Source: the human T2T-CHM13v2.0 reference genome, Homo sapiens | Strand: one strand, 5' to 3' | Length of the DNA: 64,000 bases | Assembly (NCBI RefSeq): GCF_009914755.1 | Contig: NC_060928.1 | In this document: piece after piece, positions 1 through 13,904 of the stretch | Layout of the letters: the number at the start of each line of letters is the position of its first letter | Position numbering within the stretch: position 1 is the first letter of the stretch | Program-made: the position numbers and the translations under genes | Notes under the pieces: generated by a model | The model's input: only the letters and a program-made list of their open reading frames with translations | Databases searched by the model: none | What the model was told of the DNA's origin: nothing

Positions 1-1380
1 TGAAAAATTGTCCACGGATGCATTTGGCAACCAAGAGGTTATTGTGTTGTTTGACCCTCAGAAAGAGATGTTTGCCACTCTTGGTATCTTTCCCTTGAGG
101 AATCATCTCTTGCAATCAAGAAGAGACTCAGCTCTTGAAAAGGGCCAGGGAGAAATCAGATAGCATCTCATTCCATGCCGTAAGAACAAGGACTCATTCA
201 ATTGCTCAACAGCTTGCTCAAAACATTTAAGTTGCCATCTTAGTTTATCCAGGAGAAAGGATACCCAGACAAGCCACCATCCTTTCTTTCTACTTGTGTT
301 TCAAGCATGTTCTACAATCCCTATAATGTGGCGGGTTAAGCCAGGAATGCATCCTTTACTTCCTGGTCAGACATAATGAGATTTATCCCTCAAATATTCA
401 TGTAAGAAGTTCTCCTCTTCCTCCAGCCTGAAAGTACCTTGCAGAACTTTGGACCATAAGGAAATTGAAGAATGTCTCTATTATATCCCGGTATTAGTTG
501 ATGTCTTCCAATACATCTCAGGAGAAGGTCGAGCTTTTCCTACTGAACCGAGTGACATTTAAAAGGGGGCATTTGGATGGAACATGGTAGAAAGTAGCAA
601 ACTGCTTTAGGGAAGAGGCAGGGTTATCTTGGTTTTATAGGTCTTGCAAATATTTATTCAAGGTGCTAAAAAGTAGCGTCTCTCCTTCTTAAAATTATTG
701 GCCAAAGTGGTCTTATGCCATTAGTTTGTAAGTAAATATTGCTGCAACATTCTAAACAGATTTATTAGGCCTGTCACCAGCAGCCAAATATTTATGTAAG
801 CTCCGTGGGTTGAAAAGGTAGTTTAAGGAGATTGTTTTAACCACAGCTTTGTAAATGTTTAAGGTAACATCCTGTCTCTTTGAAACCATCCCACCTAGCC
901 ATATCGTCATATTTATAATAAAAGGACAACATGTTCAAAGTGATGCATTATTTCCTGCTGTCCAAAGTTAGGCTTCTGTCCTTTTATCACAGCTAAACAG
1001 AAAAAAAAAATATTTCAGAGAGACCCTTTTATGTAATACCTGGGTAGAAGCCACTGAAAATGTTACTAGTGGGAGTTGAGAGAGAGGAAGAAAATATAAT
1101 TCTTGTGGCAGATGTAATCAAGAGGGAATGATTTAAAATGGTGTGATAAGGCCTTACTTAGAACACACAGATATGTTTAATAGCTGTACTCATTTTCTAT
1201 AATCAATCTATTTTGCCTTAGATGTACCTCAATAGCTACTAGTGAATTTTGGTACCCAAGTCCAGTCTGGTTGCCAGAATAAACTGTGTGTTGGGGGTGT
1301 GTCTGTGGTATGTGGGTGTGTATGCGTCTACCTCAGTGAATTCTGGGTTTTGCTCAGTTCTAATCAGTCTCACTTGCTAG

Positions 1381-1746
<366 letters not shown>

Positions 1747-2016
1747 AAAAGAAACCAAATTTAAATTAATTTAAACAATAAGGGCCAGGCTTTGGCTTAT
1801 CTAATGGAAAGAGCCAGGAGATACATCTTCAAGTACAGTTGGCTTCAGGCACTCAAAGGTGTTGCCAAAATCCTTTGCTCTACTTTCCTTTACTTTGGCT
1901 TCACTCCCAGGTGGCTTTAGCTTCTGTAGTGGCCACGATAAGCCCCAGAAGCTCCTGACTTTTATTCTACCAGCTTATCACACAACAGACAGAGGCTTGG
2001 TCTAGACGGAGAGACA

Positions 2017-2052
2017 TAGTTCTTCTCAATAATTTAGTTCTTCTCAATAATT
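2017..2052. repeat. 18-bp perfect tandem duplication
   Basis: tagttcttctcaataatt occurs twice in a row. Confidence 0.9.
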
Positions 2053-2817
2053 GTGATGACTTTATGTGGCTTAACCTAGAACCAGGGGCAGCATATGGTG
2101 GTTGGGGTCAGCTGTGATTTAACCCCATCAATTGGAAGAGGGGAACTTGGGATTACTCAGCAAAAAACTCTGAGTGAAGTAGCAAAAGAAGGATCTTAAT
2201 GAATGGTGAAAATGGATTCATGCCTTCTACAGTTATGCACAGTCATAGGAGACCAACGTTCAGATTCTAAAGATGACGCTCAGATACATGTGTTGAAAGA
2301 AGACCAAGAGACCAGAAGCCAAATGCAAAGCTGGTGTAAGTGACACAGCCAGTACCTCATTTAATGCAAAATTGAAAAGGATGGGGGAGATAAGCAGTTA
2401 CTCAGTTGTGTAGAAGTTTACAAAATACCCATCTCTAAGAATTTCACTGGATCTTCCCAAATTTGTTAGCATCTTGGTATTAATTAACTTAATGGCATAA
2501 TTGACGACTAGTAAGTTTATCCAAAATGTGGGCCCTGTTTTAGCTGAAGTGCTTGTGAAAACGCAGATAACTGGGCCCTGGACCTCTTTGTCATGCTACC
2601 TGGAAATAGAGTATCTGTATTTGAATATTCTCCCTAGGAGATTTTTTTTATAAACTGGCATCTTGATAAAATTTAATAATTTTGGACTATGGGATATATG
2701 TTTCCATTTCATTCCAATTGGCATTTGCTCCACACTTGGTGGATGCTGAATGCATAAGAGACAATGGTCCCATGTTATAACTAGAATATAGATAAGTATC
2801 TTTAATAATAGGGTTAG

Positions 2818-3294
2818 TGTGGTGCATTGAATTATTAGCCTCAGCTTTGCACCTCTAGAGCCACATCCTTGCCTTTGACCTTATTTTGGCAGAGAGCACT
2901 ACCCTGCCTCTTGACTTTGCATTCAGTCATGTGATTTGCTTTGGCCAATGGAATGTCGACAGATGTAGCAGTATACAATCTGAGCATAGACCCAAGAGAT
3001 CTTCCATATATTCATGTGCCCTGTTTCTCTTCCCCCAAATCCCTGAGAGGAGCTTGCCCTAAACAGTGGCTGCATTTCGTTCTGGGTCCAAAGTGAACAT
3101 ATTTGGAACAATTCCCCACATAAGTTCAACTGGACCCATAGTTTGAAGCAGAGCCTCCCCAAGAAGCCAAACCTGGTTCAACCAACCCCAATGTCACTGA
3201 CAGATTCATGAGAAGAAGCAGTTGTTTTAACTCACTAGGCTTGAGGGTAGTTTGTTGCACAAGGTCATTGTAGTAACAGCAGCTAACCAGTACA
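2818..3294 (+). mobile_element. MaLR solo LTR (MLT1H-like)
   Basis: TG..CA termini; catgtgatttgctttggccaatggaatgt core; end agtttgttgcac...agctaaccagtaca. Confidence 0.75.
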
Positions 3295-3991
3295 GTGAGG
3301 GGTTGGAAATATCTTTGGGGGATTGCTTTGGTTTGCTTGGGGGTTGATGCCTTGTCTTGGAGGTTAATGTTTGGTTTGTTTGGGGTTTGTATTGAGGAGG
3401 CAATTTGTAGAGTAAGCAGTTGCAACTTCGTTAGAAGGGATCTTTCTGGGTCCCTGGTATGTGGCCCTAGCTCTGTGGGAATCCAGAGGAGATGAAGAGG
3501 AAACTGGTGTTTATTGTCAGTATTATCAACAGCAGCAACAAATATTGGGTGCGCCTACCATGTGCCAAGTACTAGGTGGGGATTACGAGAGGAATAAGGA
3601 AAGACCCAAGCTCTAGAAAAACGTACAGTCTCTTTGCAGGACCATTCCTGGGTTTCATTAGAAATATCTGAATATATTGTCTCAGACTGGCCAGGTTTCT
3701 TGTAGGGCTTGCTAGTTGAGAAATTAGATCCTTAAAGGAAAAATATTCTCACTGATTCTACCCACCATTCTCATCTTTACACCCAACAAAACCTCACTAA
3801 GAGGTTTCTGAGGAGCCAGAAGTTGGATGGATTAACTTGGAGTTAGTGAACTGCAGAAATCTCTTCCCACTGGTGGTTCCTGTGGGTTTCAGAATAGCAA
3901 AGCTGAAAGTTCACTTGATGTATTAAGCACAATCAAAAATCCATTACCTCCCTGAGGCCACTACTCCTCCTTTTTGGTTGAGACTGCTACC

Positions 3992-4163
3992 CAGGACCAG
4001 CTACATAATTTGTGAGGCTCAGTGCGAAATGAAATTCAGGGCCCATTCAAAAATTACTCAGAATTTCAAGACAGCAAGCACAGAACATTAAACCAGGCAT
4101 GGACCCCTCTGAGCTTGGGGCCCATTGTGACTGCACAAGTCTCAAGCCAGGAAGCTGGCTCTG
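3992..4163 (-). mobile_element. MER45A-like hAT MITE
   Basis: Terminal inverted repeats caggaccagct / agctggctctg; 8-bp TSD ctgctacc / ctgccacc. Confidence 0.85.
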
Positions 4164-5087
4164 CTGCCACCTGCAGGTAGTGCAAATAGCTGATGTCTAC
4201 ACATATGTAAAAGGAAGCACCAGCAAAGTTTCCAGTCCTGAGTGGATTTGAGAAGATGGCCCTGCAGACATTCATTCAAAAAGCTCTCATGGTGCTGACC
4301 CATTCCAGACCTGCCCTGCCCCCTGCTCAGCCCACTCCAGTTGCTGAAGGACAAGGGTGGACACCAGTTACCAGGAACCATTCTGCAATTCCAGCAGCCC
4401 TCTGGCTGGACTTTTTCTCCAATCATTCAGAAAACATTTGTCTGTGAGCCCCTCGAAGTGCTTCAGATGCAATCCAGACTTGCCCATGGACTTGAGCAGT
4501 TACAGCTGTATTGTACAGGTTGCATAAAGGAACTGCAGGAGACTTTCTATTGCCATGAGGGCGACTGCCCAGGGCCCAGGGCTCAGGGCTCAGGACAGCA
4601 TAGAAACACTAGTGCCAGATTCCACCATGGTGAGAGAATTGCCTCGATGCTGCAGAAACTCCAGGGCCTCCCAGATGCACTATCACTCTTATCACGTGCA
4701 GACATTTGGCAGACAGGCCTTCCTTTGAAGTCCCAGCAAAATGATGGCGAGTTCTCCTGCTAAGGAACATGTGGCTGGCAACAGGAGGAAGAGTAAAGTG
4801 GCGGTCCCTTCCTTTCCACAAAAGTTTAGGAGTTGGCATTTCTTTTTCCACAGTGTTAGAGCTTCTGCTATTGATGCAAAGGGCTAAAAGCTGACCTGCT
4901 CCTTTGTCATCTTGGAAAACCTCAGGACAATGCTTAAGACCAAGGTGAAATTACCTATTTTGTGTGCTCCTGATTTTCCTTAAAGAAATAAAAAAGGGAA
5001 CGATTTGGCTAAGGATGGACATGGTCTAAATCAGGGGTTCTCAAAGTGTGGTTCTCAGATTGTAACCTCTTAAAAATATAGATTCTT

Positions 5088-5178
5088 TCACTTGAACCCG
5101 GAAAACAGAGGTTGTAGTGAGCTGGGATCGAGCCAGGGCACTCCAGCCTGGGCAACAGAGCAAGACTCCATCTCAAAA
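5088..5178 (+). mobile_element. 5'-truncated Alu (3' part of the right arm)
   Basis: cacttgaacccgg...gcactccagcctgggcaacagagcaagactccatctcaaaa. Confidence 0.92.
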
Positions 5179-5206
5179 TAGATAGATAGATGATAGATAG
5201 ATAGAT

Positions 5207-5262
<56 letters not shown>
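5179..5262. repeat. Interrupted (GATA)n microsatellite
   Basis: About 84 bp of TAGA units with two TGA interruptions, in place of the Alu A-tail. Confidence 0.97.
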
Positions 5263-5392
5263 CACAGATTCTAGACTCTGCTCAGATCTACTGAAGGAGA
5301 TACCATGAGGGCAGGACCCAGCAATCCATGTTTAACAATCCTTCTAGGTGATTCTGATACACCATTGGCCTAAATAGCAGATCCTCATTGCC

Positions 5393-5779
5393 TGTATATT
5401 AGTTTGCTATGGCTGTCTTAACAGAGTACTGCAGACTGGTGGCTTAAACAACAGAAATTTACTTTCTCACAGTTCTGGAGGCTGGAAACCCAAATCAAGA
5501 TGCTGGCAGGGTTGGTTTCTAGCGAGGTTTCCCTCCTTGGCTTGCAGACAGCCGCCTTCTCACTGTGTCTTCATGTGGCTTTTTCTCTGTGTGCAAGGAC
5601 TCCTGGAGTCTCTTCCTCTTCTTACATAGACACCAGTCTTGTTGGATTAAGATCCCACTCTAACGACCTCATGTAAGCTTAATTACCTCCTTAACAATCC
5701 TGTCTCCGAATATAGTTACCCTGGGGGTTAGAGCTTCAACATATACATTTGGTGGGGAACACAATTTGGTCTATAATAG
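5393..5779 (-). mobile_element. MaLR solo LTR (MLT1B-like)
   Basis: ggcttaaacaacagaaatttactttctcacagttctggaggctgg ... gggggttagagcttcaacatat. Confidence 0.88.
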
Positions 5780-5829
5780 CCTGACACCATCAGACCACCA
5801 GTTTTCAACATTAAGCCTTCCAAGGACTA

Positions 5830-6040
5830 TAACAGTAATAACGCACATTAAGTTGGCATTTCTACTTGCCGGATCTGTGCTAAGTGCTTTTACATGCATG
5901 ATTACCTGTATTATTATCTCTACTTTGCCATTGGGAAACAAGCTCAGCATGTTATCTGCCAAACCTCACAGCTGATGGCAAAACCAGGCTCTAAACACAG
6001 GAGGTCTGATGCCAAACTCAAAGTTCTTAATCACTACTGA
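5830..6040 (-). mobile_element. MIR
   Basis: tgtgctaagtgcttttacatgc ... aggtctgatgccaaactcaaagttcttaatcact. Confidence 0.7.
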
Positions 6041-6214
6041 GGTAGTAGCCGCAAGCCCCGGCTACCACTCTTGGTTTTTGTTGTTGTTGTTATCAGCATA
6101 TACGTAGTTTTTATTCTTTTATGTAGCGGCATACCATTACATTTTATGAATGTGACATAATACAAATAGGCGTTGTCCCTCTATTGTTGGAAATTTAGAT
6201 TGTTTCTAGGTTTT

Positions 6215-6679
6215 ACTTTTCTATTGTGTATATTTAAGGTGTACAACATGATGTTTTGATATACTACATAGTAAAATGGTTATCATAGTTAAGCAAATTA
6301 GCATATCCTCATCTCATATAGTTACTTACTTTTTCTGGTGCTAAGAAGCACCTAAAATTTACTCTGTTAGCAAATTTTCAGTATACACTTCAATATTATT
6401 AACTACAGTCCTCATGCTTTGCATTAGATCTCTAGACTTTTTCATCCTACCTAACTTCAACTTTGTACCTCATGTCCTCCCCTTTACTCCTGGTAACCAC
6501 CAATCTACTCTTTGTTACCATGTGTCCAACTCTTTTTTTAAAGATTCCACATATGAATGAGATCATACAGTATTTGTCTTTCTGTGTCTGGCTTATTTCA
6601 CTTACCGTAATGTCGTCCAGGTTCATCCATGTCACAAATGGCAGGATCTCCTCTTTCAAGCCTTTTTCAAGACTGAATA

Positions 6680-6723
<44 letters not shown>

Positions 6724-7706
6724 TACAATTTATTTGTGTATTCACCTGTTGATGGACACTTCCATTATTTTTATGTCATAGCCATTGGGAATAATGCTGC
6801 AGTGAATGTGGGAGTGCAGATGTCTCTATTAGGTGCTGATTTCATTTGGGTTTCAACTCAGAAGAGGGATTGCTGTGTCATATGGTAGTCCTAGCTTTAA
6901 TTGTTTTTAGGAACTTCCGTGTTGTTTTGCATAATGGTTCTATCAATTTACATTCCCACCAACAGTGTACAAGGGTTCCCTTTTCTTCACATCTTTAACA
7001 ACATTTGATATCTCTTGCCTTTTTTATGATAGCCATCCTAATAGGCATGGAATGACATCTCTTTGTGGTTCTGATTTGTATTTCCCTGATGATTAGTGAT
7101 GCTGAGCACCTTTTCATATACTTGTTGGCCATTTTTATGTGTTCTTTGGGGACATGTCTATTCAGGTCCTTTGCGCATTTTTTAATTAGGTCTTTTTTTT
7201 TTTTTTTTTTTTTTGCTATTGAGGTGCACGGGCTCCTTATATATTTTGGATATTAACCCCTGAACAGATAGATACATGATTTATAAATATTTTTTCCCAA
7301 TTCATAGGTTGCTTTTTAATGTGGTTGTTTCCTATGCTGTAAGAAACTTTTAGTTTGATGTAGCCCCACTTGTTTATTTTTGCTTTTGTTGTCTGAGTTT
7401 TTGGTATGATGTTCAAAAAACCATTGCTGAAGCCAATGTCAAGGAGCTTTTCCTTTATGTTTTCTTCTAGGACTTTTATGATATCAGGTCTTACATTTAC
7501 ATCTTCAATCCATTTTGAGCCGACTTTTGAGTATGCTATAAGACAAGGATCTAATTTCATTTCATTCTTTTGCATATGAAGATCCAGTTTTCCCAGCACC
7601 ATTTATTGAAGAGACTATCCTGTCCCAAGGGGTCTTCTTGATGCCCTTGTCAAAAATTAGTTGACCATATTTGCCTGAATTTATTCTGAGCTCCCTATTC
7701 TGTTCC
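6215..7706 (-). mobile_element. 5'-truncated L1MA-type LINE (ORF2 end and 3'UTR)
   Basis: ORF remnants 7237-7602 (KLDPCLIAYSK..KWGYIKLK) and 6447-6659 (ILPFVTWMNLDDI); L1MA-type 3'UTR. Confidence 0.92.
6681..6720. repeat. (TG)20 microsatellite
   Basis: Read directly. Confidence 0.97.
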
Positions 7707-8029
7707 TAGCACCCTTGTTTTTTCGACCAACTACATATGGGCTTCCATGGTACTGCATCTCTTTGGCTTTTTTTTAAAGATGAAATAGAGATGGGAATTG
7801 AAAAAAAATGGAGTAGAGAGAGAAATGCAAGATTATATTCATAGATATTCATTGAGTGTTTACTAGATATAGTCCATGGCCTCTACTTCCAAACCTCTAG
7901 AAGCTTCTGCTGGAGGGAGTTCTGTTCTAATCATCATCAGGAAGATTTTGGAAATCAAAGAAGTTATTCTGAGATAGTTTCATAGTATCAGAACAGCCCT
8001 TCTATTCCATGAAAGACAGAGGGCTTGAG

Positions 8030-8120
8030 TGTCACTAATCACTGAATTCCCCATGCCGGGCACAGGGCCTGATTCATGTTGGCTCTCAGTAAATATGTAA
8101 GAAAGGAGTTCATGAATCAG
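8030..8120 (+). mobile_element. L2 3' end fragment
   Basis: gcacagggcctgattcatgttggctctcagtaaatatg. Confidence 0.6.
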
Positions 8121-8178
8121 GATACATGCCCTTTGGTGTTTCCTGGGTAGATAGAGCCTTCTTTCTTATGGTTTAGAG

Positions 8179-8516
8179 CAGGCATCCCCAACCCCCGGGT
8201 CACAGACCAGTACCAGTCCATGCCCTGTTAGGAACCTGGCCACACAGCAAGAGATGAGTGGCAGGCAAGCAAGTGTTATTGCCTGAGCTCTGCCTCCTGT
8301 TGGATCAGCAGTGGCATTAGATTCTCAAAGAAGCAAGAACCCTACTGTGAACTGCACACGTTCACGATCTGGGTTGCGTGCTCCTTATGAGAAGCTAATG
8401 CCTGATGATCTGAGGTGGAACAGTTTCATCCCAAAACAATTTTCCTCCACTCTGGTTTGTGGAAAAATGTCTTCCATGAAACTGGTCCCTGGTGCCAAAA
8501 AGGTTGGGGACTCCTG
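8179..8516 (+). mobile_element. MER1B-like hAT-Charlie DNA transposon
   Basis: Terminal inverted repeats caggcatccccaacc / ggttggggactcctg; 8-bp TSD gtttagag / gtttagaa. Confidence 0.92.
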
Positions 8517-11069
8517 GTTTAGAACAACCATATATACCTTGTTGTTCGACCCTAAAGTTAAGAAAACCTTAATCCATTTGCCACCCGTTTAAGATGTCAG
8601 AGAAAATTTTGCTAAGATTACATTAGCTACTTATTGTTTTGGAAAACTTGGAGAAATTGGAGAAAATAAAACAAATTAAGGTTGGCAAGCTTAATCTATT
8701 AGCTTCCAAATCAAGTCTTTGTTTAAACAGGACATAATCACAAGATAGCCACATTCATTTTAACCACACCCTGAGTAAAGATAAATTACTTTTAGCTCTT
8801 CTACCATCTGGAACATAACGGGAAAAGGCAACACAAGTGAATTTTCAAAAGCAATGATTTTTTTAGCTGTAGAGAAACTAGTTGCAGAGAAATTAGAGTA
8901 GTACATATTCTGCAAAACAGTCAAATTTTGGTAAAGTTTTAAGACAGACATAAAGAATGCTGAGTCAAGCGGCTTCCTAGGTTTAAGAATTCAACCTTGC
9001 AGATTGGCAGAGACCATGGCTTGTGTCTCAGCTCCAGCAAATCCACCAAAGGGATGTGCTGAAGGGGCAAGAACTAGGTTTCCTCCAAAACAGGTTCCTA
9101 CCTCCCTCCCATTGGGGACCCCTGAAACAATGCTTCTGGGTCTTTATGGGACATGTTTGGGCTGGAGTGTGATCATAGGATCAGTATCAGCTTAACATGT
9201 ACTACTCACTTACAGCATTTCAGCAACATGCTGAGCTCTTGGCATCTTTGTCTTACCAAGTCCACCAGAACCACAACACAGTGTGACTCAGTTGAAAATA
9301 GGGCGTAACTGAGATATAAACCCTTCTCTTGCTTTGCAATGACAGCTAACATTTATTGAGAATTTCCCGTGTGCCAGGCCCTGTTCTGAACACATCACAG
9401 GTCACTATCCTAACTGAACAGTGGAGGACACGGGAATATGTGTTGGTTAATGTGTCTTATTTGTTCCAGGTTATGCAATTAGTAATAGATGGTACCAAAA
9501 TTCATACTTGGGCAGTCTGGCTCTAGAGCCTGGGGTATTAGCCTCTGCACCTCTTCTCACCAATCTGAAATGGAACTTGGCTACATAGAGAAATATGCCC
9601 AGTGTCCTCCTCACCTTAACCAACAACAGAATCTGGGATCTGAAAGGAGCCACAGAAGTTCCCTTGGTTTTGCCCTTGGCCACAACCCAGAGAAGGTGTT
9701 ATTATCCATAGTGAAATAGCCAAGGTTCTTGGGTTAAAAAAAAATTGGCCCAAGTTTATTTAACCAAGAAATGGTGACTGAATCAACAAGCATGTATTAT
9801 GTGTGTGTTCAGCTTGGTGAGTCTGGCAGGCTGTAAGTCAGAAGAAGCCCCATGGCTTAAGGGGGCCTCCTCACTGGGCTCTGTGTGTACCACCCCAGGC
9901 TGAGGCCGCAGTTCTGTAGGAGCCTGGCTCTGTCGCGCAGGACTCCCAGGACCTTGCACACAGCTTGTTTGCTGGTGGTTATGCTAAAGCACTAGCCTGG
10001 GCCATTGGGAAGCTGGGAGGCTTCCCTGTACACAGGCCCAGCCCCTATCCGTGAGCTGAGCACAGGACTACTGCTAACATCCTCGCTGACAACCTGCTTC
10101 TAGAAAGTACATTAGGGAAATGGCCCTATGGGCCTGGCTGGGTTAGGAGGACCCCTACAGATAGGATCAGGTTAGAAATGACCAGGGAACCAATGGGTCA
10201 GCCCTCAACAGGACTTGGTGGGAAGGATGTCAGAGCCAAGTCTTGCTTTTGTTTGGCATGAAGTGAAAAGGCTAAAGGAGACTCCATTGTGGGGTACTGA
10301 AAGTGATCCACTAGGGAAACTGACTAGGTTCCCTGGAATTTGGGGAAACTGGTGTTCCCACCTGAAATGTTGAAAGGCATGTGTGGCATGGATTAGCAGT
10401 TTGCCTGAGAAAGGCGGGTGCTTGCAAAGTTTGGGATGGGCAGGTCAACCACGCATTTATGTTTCCCAGGCCAAATGTGGACTCTAAGGAAGGAAGCTGG
10501 TGGTGGATCATCTCTAGAGGGATCTTGCACAAGAAGGCCTCCTGGAAGAGTGAGGTGACCCCAACAGAGAATCAACAAGAAGCCAGAGACTGGGGCTTTG
10601 CAGGGGGCAATTGCAGCCAGGCGAAGGAGGCATTGCCTCAAAGGAATCTTAGGTGGGAAATCCTCAGTGCTGGGGGGCTTCCAAGGAACCCAGAAGGAGA
10701 ATGAGCTTTCAGGCATGCAGCATAGAGAAGCCCCTAATGCTAAACTGTGATGACACATTTGCCCTTTTCCTCTAATTCCTTCAAATTCCTCACTCCCCAC
10801 ACCCCATCCGGCCCCGTAGGAGAAAACAGTACCTAGAAGTGGACAAAATATGGAGAGGAAGGGAGAAGAAAATGACCATGTCCTCCTCCACTGCAGGCCC
10901 CTTTGCTGGAGAAGGATTGGATTCTCATTGAAGGAGAGTTCAGAGTTTTAACACTGGATAGAAGTGGACCTTTTTATATCTGAAAGTGACTAAAAAATCT
11001 GCCTCAGGTTTTACCCAATGGAAAGTGAAAACAATTCAGGTCTTCAGAGTGACTGATGGATAATCATGA

Positions 11070-11447
<378 letters not shown>

Positions 11448-11449
11448 TA

Positions 11450-11476
11450 ACACACACACACACACACACACACACA
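11450..11476. repeat. (CA)n microsatellite
   Basis: Read directly. Confidence 0.95.
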
Positions 11477-12279
11477 ACACCCCTCTTTTTCCACAAGAAC
11501 AAGGAAGTTCAAAAAGGCAGGTTGGTGCTACATGGTTCAAAAATAATGTCATATTATAATAGCTGTAGGAGAAAGGCAGGTCTACCCAGAATGAAGCAAA
11601 TACTAAGATTACTTCTTGGGTTCTCTGGAGAAAGATCATGGCCATATGTCAAGAATCTGTCATTAAAGAGTCAACACATGACAAGTACACAGAAGATGGG
11701 GGGATGATACTTGGGAATAGAAACCCAGGCTGAAAACTCAGTGTGATCAATGTGGGGCCAAGTGTCCATTTTGTAATAGATGATCAATTATGTCATGATC
11801 TTTAGTGGACATTTTGTGGGTTCTCATGGTGTCCTTAGAACCATCAGAACATACAAGTAGTGTTTCAAATAATAAGCGTTTCCATCACCTGAGTGGAATT
11901 TCTTACACTCTCATAAAATATGATCAGGTTGCCTTCTCTTAAAAGATTATCCTCCACAGAATAGATATTTTTTGTAGTCACAGGCCCAAATTTTCTAACA
12001 GAGCCTGTTTTCTAACAGAATCTCTATTTTGAGACTGTAGAAAGATGTGTGTAATGGAGCAGAATCAATGTCATCATCTATGACCTAGCTGATTAGTATT
12101 GGATGGTAGGTTGCCTTTCACTGTGCTTGGGGATGCCTTAGAGAACTTTTTGTAGCCAGCTCTTAAAATGCTTTGTACGTTTTAGGATTAAACATTTTTA
12201 GATTGCACACACAGTCCTAAAACAAAGGAAAACCTATTGCTTAAACAATGTCTGAAGTTTAGTATAATACTAGACCTTA

Positions 12280-13035
12280 TGTATTAAGTACAAACTAAGA
12301 AATGTCAAATACAGAACCTCAAATAAGATGAAATTTTATTTCTTTCTTATGTGAAAGTCCAGACTGAAGCAGGTAGTCTTGGGTGGGCAGATGGTTCTGA
12401 TCCACCAGCTCATCCAGGCACCCAGGCTTGGGATCTCTACCCTCCTCAATGTGTGGCTTCCCTTTCTGGGTGTAAAAATGCTGCCCCAAATGCCACTGCC
12501 ACCAGTTCCCAGTGGTTAGGAGATGACCCAGATGTTGCATGCATCACTCCCTTTCACATTCTATTGGCCCAAATGTGATCACAAGGCCACACGAAGCTGC
12601 AAATAAGACTGTGCGATATGGTCTGTCACCGGGCACCCATGGACCCAGCTGAAACACATGACTTCTGTTACTAAATGAAAAATGAGGCCAGGTGTGGTGG
12701 CTCATACCTATAATCTCAGTACTGTGGGAGGCTGAGAAGGGCAGATCACTTGAGGTCAGGAGTTTGAGACAAGCCTGGCCAACATGGTGAAACCTGTCTC
12801 TACTAAAAATACAAAAATTAGCCAGTCATGGTCGTGGGCACCTGTAATCCCAGCTACTCAGGAGGCTGAGGAAGGAGAATAGCTTGAACCTGAGAGGTGG
12901 AAGTTGCAGAGAGCCGAGATCGCAGACTGCACTCCAGCCTGGGTGAAAGAGCAAGACTCTGTCTCAAAAAAAAAAAAAAAAAAAAAAAAGGAAAATGAGA
13001 GAATGGATACAGGGAGTAGTGGGGGGTAACAGAAG
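12280..13035 (-). mobile_element. MLT1J-like LTR, interrupted by an Alu
   Basis: tcacattctattggccc...cacaaggccacac...ttctgttactaa[Alu]gagagaatggata. Confidence 0.7.
12686..12989 (+). mobile_element. AluS
   Basis: Full dimer, A24 tail, TSD aaaatga. Confidence 0.97.
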
Positions 13036-13904
13036 TCACTTTTATTTCTCAGTAATTATTGGAAAGAAATTGACTGTGTAATTTCTTTTAACAAGAATTT
13101 TTCCTGCTGGTTAGGGGCATAGCAAAAAAATAAAAATTAAAAAGAAACCAAGAACGTATTGAATGCTTCTTGAGTGCTAGTATCCTAGTTTTCCCCTGGA
13201 GAGATCCTCCTGAAAAAGAGGACTTTATTAGTAGGATACCTTTAAAAGGAAAATTCTAATGTATTTTAAAATAAGCTAACTTCACAGGACTGTCCCTAAC
13301 ATATTCATTTCTTTGCTGGAAATCATAGCAGAGAAAAACCCTTTCTCTTTTCACCTGGCATCAATTAAATGTAAATGTCTTGAACGCTCACAGATGATAT
13401 GGCATAGGATGAGCTCATGGTGATGTATAAGCTGGCGTAATACTCACTAGGTGCTAGAAACCGAGCCATTTTGGTCTGGCAGGAAAAATATGCCAGGACT
13501 GCAAGTGATTGTCACGAGGCCCTTTGCTGTTTGTCATTCTCTCCTCATTTTCATACTGCACATTTAGTCCTACCCAAAATAAATACTTTACAGTTGTCCT
13601 TTAGAAGCAGAGGGAGCTCTGGGCTGGGAGGCAGAAGCCCCAGGGTTGATAATAAGCTCGGCTGCAAATAGTTGGTATGACCCTGAAGAAATAACAAACA
13701 GGGCCTGGGTTTCTGTTCACTAATTCATCCTGCGAACATGTATTTGTCACTTGCTGTGCAGATTCTGTACTAAGTCTATGGAGGTATCCTTCATCTCTCC
13801 CCTTCTTGGACTCTTTATGATGCTCTATGTATCCCAGTCTCCATGGGCCATAGAAATGTGGCTACAATCTCATCACATACACAAACCAAACAAACATCCG
13901 CAGC

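Larger units (their letters stand above)
5032..5365. mobile_element. MER5A-like hAT MITE, interrupted by a truncated Alu
   Basis: caggggttctcaaagtgtgg ... cagatctactgaa ... ggtgattctgat. Confidence 0.75.

Noticed and set aside
4341-4763. 140-aa ORF
   Set aside because: Non-ATG start and no homology I recognise.
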